From Paragordius varius (lineage: Eukaryota; Animalia; Nematomorpha), in contig OZ176055.1 of NCBI GenBank assembly GCA_964247055.1, positions 6,200,001 through 6,264,000 of the forward strand: 64,000 bases of DNA, given 5' to 3'. The notes under the pieces are model-generated. The model saw only the letters and a program-made list of their open reading frames with translations, searched no databases and was not told where the DNA came from. A program made the translations under genes and the position numbers. The number at the start of each line of letters is the position of its first letter. Positions within the stretch are counted from its first letter, which is position 1. This document shows, piece by piece, positions 26,001 to 34,178 of the stretch.

Positions 26001-27653
26001 TGACTGTCGAGTTATATTATGTATCTAATATTTAAAAACACATCATGCTGTAAATACTCTTAAATACTCATTTGAACCGTATAATAAAATTTGTTTATAT
26101 TATCGAATGTTAAAGATAATGAACTATTGTGTAAAAATATATTTTTTGGTAGATTATAATTATGTCATAAAGACTTACATATTTTTTAAAAAGGTCAACT
26201 TGATTAGGGAATGTAAATGCCACAGGTATATAAGCTTGATTAGCCTTTTCATCGTATTGCACTAAGGAAATTTTGTTGGTTAAAAATCCGGAACCGGGAA
26301 AATGATTTATCTAAAAATAATAAAAAATGCATATAATATCACCTATGTATGTTAATTTTTAAACTAAAAACCGGTTTTTAGTTAAAAAATATTTTATTTT
26401 TTTTTTGTCTTTTTCATATTATTAAAGGTTGAAAAAATTTGGTGATTTTAAACCGGTACCTAGAGGGACTCTTTATGTTAAATAAGTTGAGTCCAGATAT
26501 TTAGTCTAGAATTTCATTTAAGCCAATGTTTTGAGAAAAAACTCTGAAAATATTTTATATAAAATAAAATATGAAAAATACAAATTTTATGTTTGCTTAA
26601 CAAATTTACGCGTCTCTTAACAAGATTCCATGCATATAAATTAATAAAACTTAATGAATATCATGCTTTTTCGATTTCTAGATTATTAATAGATAATAAT
26701 TATTGCTAAAATAAACTAAAATTTTAAACAAAACAAAAAGATATTCTCAGACATAAATAGTTTGGCCTTTCCCTAATCGGTTAATGAAGATTAAAGTTTG
26801 AAACCTAATAGTTTTTTAAGGCAAAGTATTCAAAAAAAATTAAAGGACCACAAAAATTATTTATCTAGTTTCAAGGGCCGTGTACCATATTATAACGATA
26901 AAAATTTATAGCTGTTTAACACATTTGCAGATATTTATACATCAAAAATAAATAAATAATTCAGAATCATGAAAAAGCACTTTTAGAGCCGCATGTGGTT
27001 GGTTCGAGTCCAACCAAGCTAAAGCAAACAAAAATACTCATTAACAGAAGGGAGCGAGAGAGTTAAATACATAAATCTGTTATGATAATATAACTCAAGA
27101 TTATTTGAATTGTAATTGAATTAGTTATAAGACGCTAATCAGGTTGCAAACATACTATAAGAAATATTTTACAAATTTTGATTAAGTGGTTACCATTTTA
27201 AATTTGTTTGAAATAAGGGAAAAATTTATGGTGGAATCGGTAAACGGGTAATCATGATGCCATAAAATATCCCAATGCATATTTGAATCATATAAAATTT
27301 TATATCCATAGTGTTTAAACATAGAGATAACGTGATTTAAATATGAATCGACCTAATATTAAAAGATAAGATACTTGATTGTGTCCAAGAACTAAAACAG
27401 TTTTCTGGTCTTCTTGTGGTAAATAATTTATAAATTTTTTAAAATGCATGGGTGGATGTGTAACATAACTGCTGAAATTTCGAAAAAGCTTTTCAAAATA
27501 GATTTTTTGTTGAAAAATATAGGTATTTAATAATTTTAATTCATGGTTAACACAGGCTTTGGAACTGGAACGCCAGTTGAATAAGAGTAGGTTAATGTAA
27601 AACACGATCGCAAAACCAAAAATATATAAAATTTGTTTTGAAATGTTCTTCAT
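23072..27653 (-). CDS. ttll-15: TTL-family ATP-grasp ligase of the TTLL15 type with N-terminal transmembrane anchor, 7 exons, ~660 aa
   Basis: Exons 27653-27375, 27352-27194, 26310-26179, 26024-25869, 25159-24875, 24643-24425, 23824-23072 (1983 nt, all phase 0). Motifs WDILWHHDYPF, INHFPGSGFLTNK, WVLKNRDHRGI, FIQQF.HPPLSIDGHKFDIGIYV, EMVRFDFVID..FLMEVNMSPNLSS (intact ExN). Confidence 0.9.
25371..25662. mobile_element. Tc1/mariner-type MITE (family of 731-992) in a TTLL15 intron
   Basis: TA|CGGTAAAAAC ... ATTTTTACTG|TA; AAAAGACAACCATACTTT / AAAGTATGGTTGTCTTTT inverted repeat. Confidence 0.7.
26822..27020. mobile_element. Degenerate MITE derived from the 9329-11764 hAT element
   Basis: Left part matches 9329-9410 (TCAAGGGCCG vs TCGAGGGCCA); right part AAAGCACTTTTAGAGCCGCATG matches 11719-11740. 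Confidence 0.55.
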
Positions 27654-28405
27654 TGATAAAAAGGTGTATCAGATTCACACCTTGTTTTGTAAAATTATTA
27701 CATTAAGACATATGTAAAATAAGTTAAAATATATTATTATAAAGTAATAACATGCTAATATTTAAAAAAATTTTTTTTGTTATTTGTCATTTAAACTAGA
27801 TAATTTTTGGTAAGCTTTTTATTAACATACCCTTTACTAAATATGAATATGTAAAACCTTTTAGCCTACTCTTGTATGGCAAATTTGTAATTCAAATACA
27901 ATTGCTGGGGTGATCTGATCAAATCAAAGATAGAATCATGAACTGGCTTGGTCGAGACAAAAAAACAACCTAGGTCATTTTAATTTTTTTTTATTATAAA
28001 AGTTTTACAATTTACATGAAAACAAAACCTTATATATAAATATATAAATATATATCATAAAAAGGAGCATACTTCTTTCGTTTATATGGTACATGGTGAA
28101 AATGCGAAAAGCTTATTTATGGCTTTTCGTTAACCAGATGAATCAATACAATATTCTAAAAAGCGTATAAAGCAAGAGATAACCGATTTAATTCTCTTGG
28201 CTCATTTATTGAAACCTTGTCTAAAAAATAATTTAAACATCGACGGTACCACAAAGGCACTTGATCCCAATAATTTAAAATATGCCAAAACTAGAATTTT
28301 GGAAAAGGTAAGGCCACTTAGATCGGTAAATTTATTGACAATCAAGACTTGTCTTCACTAGTCAGGACTAACTTTTATACCCGCTTTAGGTAGTGGACCG
28401 TAATA

Positions 28406-28598
28406 CAGTCATGTATATGTAGAATTAACAAACATTTGTTTTTAAATGATTAAAATTTGTTTTTAATTGTTTTGATGTTTGATATGTCTTTCAACATAAG
28501 GCTTAAAAATGCGCATGTTGAACAAACATCAAAACAATTAAAAACAAATTTTAATCATTTAAAAACGAATGTTTGTCAATTCTACATATACATGACTG
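28406..28598. mobile_element. Young hairpin MITE (Tc1/mariner-type, 193 bp)
   Basis: TA-flanked; ~76-bp inverted arms CAGTCATGTATATGTAGAATT... with only about 2 mismatches by eye and a ~40-nt loop. Confidence 0.9.
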
Positions 28599-29553
28599 TA
28601 AGTTTAATGCAGAAATATACATAATTTCCACAGATTTTAGATGAAAGCATTAAACAAAATAATTACCCCTAAATAAAACTTACGGCATGATGTTGGTACA
28701 ACTAGCAGTGATGAAAATATGATGAAATAATTATTTATTTTTTGGCTATGTAATATTATTAAATTTTTGAATCAATTTTCCTTTTCGGCAGTTTTTTATC
28801 CTCCATTATTAATTAACATGTAGTAAATTTTATTCTTAATTCTTATATTTAGTATGCGTTTATACACTTTTTATAAGGCCTAATGTAAAATTCCAGGAAA
28901 GAGCGTTTATTGTAGAAATTTAAATTTTAAATTATCAGTGTATTGGTGTTAGTAATACTTTTGAAATATATTTTATATTTAACTTTAAATTATTATTAGA
29001 GATATTTATCTATGATAGAATCAAAATCACCCCCTAACAATTGCGCACCAATACAATAATATCATTTCTTCATCAAAGGCATAGAAAATAATAAACCCCT
29101 CATTCAATGATTAAAAAATTAAATGATAGTAGTATTACCGCATTCTGAGGCGTTTAATAAAAGAAACAAATATAAAAAACATTGAAATTATCAAGAAAAA
29201 ACCTAATTGTTGTATATGTTAAGTTTAGACTCATACCGCCATTGACGCGTGACTTAAAATTATTTCATTAATTTTATATTTAATTTCTTCTAATACTGTG
29301 GCATAAATTTTTTAAATATATTGAGTTACCTTCGCTATTGCTACAAAGCATAGGGTTGGATTGAGGGTCTTAGGCGGTTTTGTTGATGGACTTACGTACT
29401 TGATTCAGTAATACTTTATAATATCAAAAAAATATTTTTAAAATGTTAACACAAATAAACAACTCAAAATTTTTAATTTTGGATATTTGGTAATTAAACA
29501 AATTAAATATAAAAACAAATTTATAAAATATAAAAATACTTAAAATTTTAATC

Positions 29554-29752
29554 CAGTGGTACTCAATAAGATATTTAAGAACCGAATAAAATATCCCAAG
29601 GGCCATTCACCGTTACATACCGAAAATATTGCATAACTATTTATTCAGATATTTGTATATTAAATATGTATATAAAAAATTAATAAATAATTTGAGGCCT
29701 TTAAAAGGCGTAAGGCCACATAGCGCTGTGGGCGGCGGTTTGAGTACCACGA
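29554..29752. mobile_element. hAT MITE (~200 bp), same TIR as the 9329-11764 element
   Basis: CAGTGGTACTCA ... GGTTTGAGTACCAC; degenerate TSD ttttaatc/atttaata. Confidence 0.75.
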
Positions 29753-30711
29753 ATTTAATATCCTAAAATTTCGATAAATTATCAATATACACAAAAAATG
29801 TATCTCAATAATATTCTGATCTCTCATTATGATTTTGATTAGGAGTTTAAGTAAAAAATAATATTTACCCTTTTAATTGTTTTATAACAAAAAACTCAAA
29901 AGCGTACATTATGCTTAATATAATTTTTTTGGTGGAAGCTGGATATATTTTTTAAAAAATAGTTATTAGAATATATCTATTTATCCGGCTAAAATGGGTG
30001 GTTTTTTCAATTTATGCAAAAAGTGCCGATTCCGCTAATTAAGTTTTAGTATATGTTAGCTGAGATCAAAATAATTATTTCCGCAAAAATGCACACTTTG
30101 CTTCAAATCTTAATTACAACATATTCATTTCAGTCCATTGATAAAAAGAGTAACTATTGACCCAGGCCTGGCTAAAATCAAATATTTCAACGGGTAGCAT
30201 GCGGCCCTAAAGTTTTCACCTGAATTAATTATTAAAATTTTTGGTGTACTTATTTTGAGTGTGAAAATGGGAAATGTGCCAAGCAGCTATGATTATTTGA
30301 TCGCTATTATATGGTTTACGGCCCTTGAGACAACATAAATATCTTTTGCCGCCTATTAGATTTGGTACTAGACTAGCATATACTAATTCTAATAAGCGCC
30401 TATCTCGAGACTTTTGCGTTGGTGTTAAGAAAAACCATTTTAAGAGCGTTTAAAAATTTTAACTGTGATATCCCACATTGTTTAAAAATTTTAACTGTGA
30501 TATCCCACATTTTAATATTATATTGCTTTTCAAGCTTATTTTATAAATATAAAATATTTAGTTTGTAGCATAGAATTTTATAAAAAAAAATATTTGATAT
30601 AATGTGCCTAATTTTGCAATTTTCCCAAATGAAGCACTTAAAACAAAACTGTCAACTTTCTCAAATGATTTGTAACCTAACAAAAGCATCACGATAATCC
30701 AAATACATTTA

Positions 30712-32015
30712 CCATTTCCCAGTCAAAATAAACGTTTTTCCAGTCAATCGAAATATTTTCCCAATCAATCGAATCGTTTTCCCAGTTAATCGAAACATTT
30801 TCCCAATCAATAAAAACATTTTTCCAATCAATAACGTTTTCCCAGTCAATAAAAACGGTTTTTTTTTTGATGATAAATATCGAAACAAGATATCAAAATA
30901 ACTTTCAACCATTATCAGCGTAATATTAGGATATTATTTTTTATAAAAACACAATTATAACAATTTTTCCAAGTATATTCCAGTGCACAATCATTAATGA
31001 CTTATTCTTCAAAAGTTATATTTTTTGAATTTGAGATGTTTTTAAGATAATATTTTTAATTTTGTTGATAGTTCGCATTAATATTTGCGGCTAACTTAAA
31101 AACTGTATGTTACGGATGAAAAAATAAAATTTATATAATTATACCATTTTATCTTAAAGGTCATTTAACACTTCATATTGGATCTTAAACATAAATTTTA
31201 CCCTAATTTTATAATATTTATCATTTGGTCTATCGGGTGCCCAACGTGGCTTTCCGGATATCTTGTGCGACCAACGAATTTGGAAATCCATATGCAAAAT
31301 ATGCCCACAAATTCTTATTTCTTACGCAATTATTCTAAATGAGTCTATTAAATTGGTAACGAAACCAACCAAAAAAAATTGTTATATTATGTTTGTATTT
31401 TACAGTTTTCTGTTTAATTAAAAAATTATATGAATGCCCGTATATATTTCGAATGCGGAACGGGGTTTTTTGAATTAAAAATGCGGCCCGCGAAGACATT
31501 TAGTTGGACACCCTTGTTTTAGTCAAATATCCTCTTTGTTAAATATTTTTAAATCAAAAACATTTTTATTAAAAAAATTTTTGTCGACAGTATTTTTATC
31601 GACACTTAACATGTTTAAAAACTGTTAAAGAGTTACGCAAATATTAATGCGAATCATCGATAAAATAAAAAAATTATTAAATATTTTAAAATTTATTCCA
31701 TAAAATTTAACATTTAAAGAATAAGTCATTAACAATAAGCACTGGAATATACTTGGAAAAATTGTCATTCAATAATTGTGTTTTTATAAAAAATAATATC
31801 CTAATATTACGCTGATAATGGTTAAAAGTTATTTTGATATCTTGTTTTAATATTTATCATCAAAAATAAAACCGTTTTTATTTACTGGTAAATTTTTATT
31901 GATTGGGAAAATGTTTTTATTGATTGGGAAGATGTTTCGATTGACAGGGAAAACGTTTCGATTGACTGGGAAAATGTTTCGATGACTGGGAAAACGTTTA
32001 TTTTGACTGGGAAAT

Positions 32016-32017
<2 letters not shown>
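30712..32017. mobile_element. Foldback-type element with ~400-bp inverted arms carrying 21-bp tandem repeats
   Basis: TA|CCATTTCCCAGTCAAAAT ... ATTTTGACTGGGAAATGG|TA; arms ~30712-31125 vs ~31575-32017; about 6-7 units of TTTCGATTGACTGGGAAAACG per arm; followed by (TA)20. Confidence 0.85.
31231..31516. mobile_element. hAT MITE nested in the foldback spacer
   Basis: GGGTGCCCAAC / GTTGGACACCCTTG ends; ATGCGGCCCGCG subterminal motif; TSD atttggtc/ttttagtc (6/8). Confidence 0.6.

Positions 32018-32057
<40 letters not shown>
32018..32057. repeat. (TA)n microsatellite; further (TA)n tracts near 3480, 14630, 15620, 22230, 36256, 43830, 46250 and 51127
   Basis: Read directly from the sequence. Confidence 0.95.
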
Positions 32058-32059
<2 letters not shown>

Positions 32060-33102
32060 TTTTGTCCCCTCTTAGTGTCATAAAATTATCATTTTAAAAT
32101 GATGCATTAAGCGACCAAAAAAAATTATCTAACTAAATGTGCGCTAATTGTGCGATTTTCCGATATAAGCATTTCCATAAAAGTGGATCTGACTTTCATA
32201 AAATGACTTATAACCATAAAAATTTGAAGCGCTATGATTTGGATACATAGGGATGTTTCTTATGTTCTCCGATTTGTGACCCGTGTTAATGATTTTTAAA
32301 TCATTTGTTTGTTTCAATTAGATTCAACAGCTCAATCTTTAACCATTGTCCAATTGATAATATCGGAGCTAAAATAACTCATTATATCTTCATTATAAAT
32401 ATAAAGCTCCAGGTCAAAAAACTAGCAGGAAACGTTATCTTTATATTATTCATATGTAATAAAAAATTCACTCACCTAATTTATTTGTTATTGCTGTTGT
32501 TACACTTTATTTTTATATGATTAGGTTTAACCTAATATGTTAAAAAATGTGTAATTGTGTATATTTTAAGTTATCAATTTATTTAATAATCTATCATTAC
32601 CGCATTGCAAAATTAATACGCTATTATGTTTTAATATGTCCATATGTCTGCTATTTAAAATTATATATATGCGATCCCATTGATGGATGTTTTTGATAAA
32701 ATGGTATAATTATAATCCATCAACTTTCTCTTTTATATAGATGCAGATATTAAGCTATTTTATCCACATTTAAAACCATATAATAAACAATTTAATTTTT
32801 TATAATTTTTACCAAAAAAATGTAATAATACGAATGATCTTATATCGCCACTACAGTAAAAAACGCAGGTTTTTTCGAAAAGGCAGAGTATATCGCGAAA
32901 ACTTTGGTTAAGTTAGTGTAAACTCTAGATTATAATTAAAGCAATTAATAAATTATATTTAGATTATTCCAAAATATGTAATAAAAACATTCATTATATC
33001 CAAAAAATGTATGGCATTAAAAGCAATATTCAAATTATTATTAATCATCAAAAGATTTATTAATTTTTATAAATAATTTTTAAATAAATAATTTCGAAGA
33101 CT

Positions 33103-34093
33103 TCAAAGTATTTGCCGTTTCATTATAAGTGAGTTGACAACTAAAATAATATATCAATTATGAGACAATATTGTATATTATGAAAATTATTTAAATGAAA
33201 AATGAAAATATTACGTTTTTCGTGACATATTTCAGATCGAAGAATCCCATAAAAAACTTCGCGGTCATATAGATCGTGACACACCTTTTCCGAATCGGAT
33301 TTCATGCACTTTGAATGGCTTGGTTCAAAAAGCCTATAAAAAGTAAATTCTCATATAAATGAACATGTTTATGATCCTTAGTGTGTTACACAACAAGTAC
33401 TTTAACATTCAAGCATTTTTAATAAATAAAAGGGAAACTAAGTTCAATTATTGGTAATGTTTTTAGGATATTTTTTTAGAAAATCAAAATATGATTATAT
33501 TATTTTTAATATTTTATTTATGTCTTTTAAATCAAACTAAAAGTTCATTTATATAAAAATTTTCTGTCATAAATATCTTATATATATAAAGTTATCGGCT
33601 TAAATGCCCTTATAGCAAATACATTAAAAGAGCAATTTAGTGAAGAATTTTTTGAATAGATTACACCAGCCAACAAACAATAAATACATTACCATCCAAT
33701 ATGTTTTCGACAATGACTACAATAAACAGGTATATGACTGAAATCTGTGAAAAAGGAGTTTTGAAATGATTTCTATAAAGTTAATCTAATTTCGAACCTT
33801 TCCAAATTCAAATACATTTGCTAACTTTACCGTAATTAAATAATTGGATATGCCATTTAGGTCAAAAAATTCTTGAGTAATAACATTAAGTGTCTTATTT
33901 TTTACAATAAGTTTTTCATTGAGATATTTAGTAGCTTTCTGACTTTTGATATTCAATATACGATTGATATCGCATATTTTATGACCACAACCTCGGCATA
34001 AATATAGATCTATCATATATTTTTAATAAAACTTGTTTTTTTAATAAATATGAATATTAAAAAAAGCGTGAATAGTAGCCGGCATTGTTTCAT
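33103..34093 (-). CDS. Secreted cereblon-like CULT (Yippee/Mis18-fold) domain protein, 5 exons, ~169 aa
   Basis: Exons 34093-34033, 34009-33798, 33772-33693, 33333-33215, 33140-33103 (510 nt). Signal peptide MKQCRLLFTLFLIFIFIKKT; LCRGCGHKI, FFDLNG..YLITVK.ANV, SFFTDFSH...CSHCRKHIGWLF, FYGILRSEI; two CxxC zinc motifs; no LON domain. Confidence 0.85.
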
Positions 34094-34178
34094 AAGATTA
34101 ATAAAATCAATTATCCATAGTAGTTGTTACAAATTAATTAAAATAATCATAAGGTAACATTTTTTGGAAAGTTAAGGC
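34094..34178. promoter_or_regulatory. Putative bidirectional promoter (85 bp between divergent ATGs)
   Basis: CULT gene ATG at 34093 (-) and USP14 ATG at 34179 (+); transcription starts not known. Confidence 0.6.

Noticed and set aside
26997-27015. GGTTG-GTTCGAGTC-CAACC, a tRNA T-arm/B-box-like hairpin
   Set aside because: No A-box, D-arm, anticodon arm or acceptor stem; it lies at the mutated end of a hAT MITE (compare 11731-11764).
30712-30860. 21-bp tandem repeats as a CRISPR-like array, and ORF 30709-30912 (LTGKT repeats)
   Set aside because: The repeats are contiguous with no unique spacers, the context is eukaryotic and there are no cas genes; the ORF is a by-product of the 21-bp period.
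33560-33608. Alternative CULT exon 4 (WAFKP...)
   Set aside because: It hits a stop after 10 codons; the exon at 33333-33215 gives WLFEP...FYGILRSEI, which fits the family far better.
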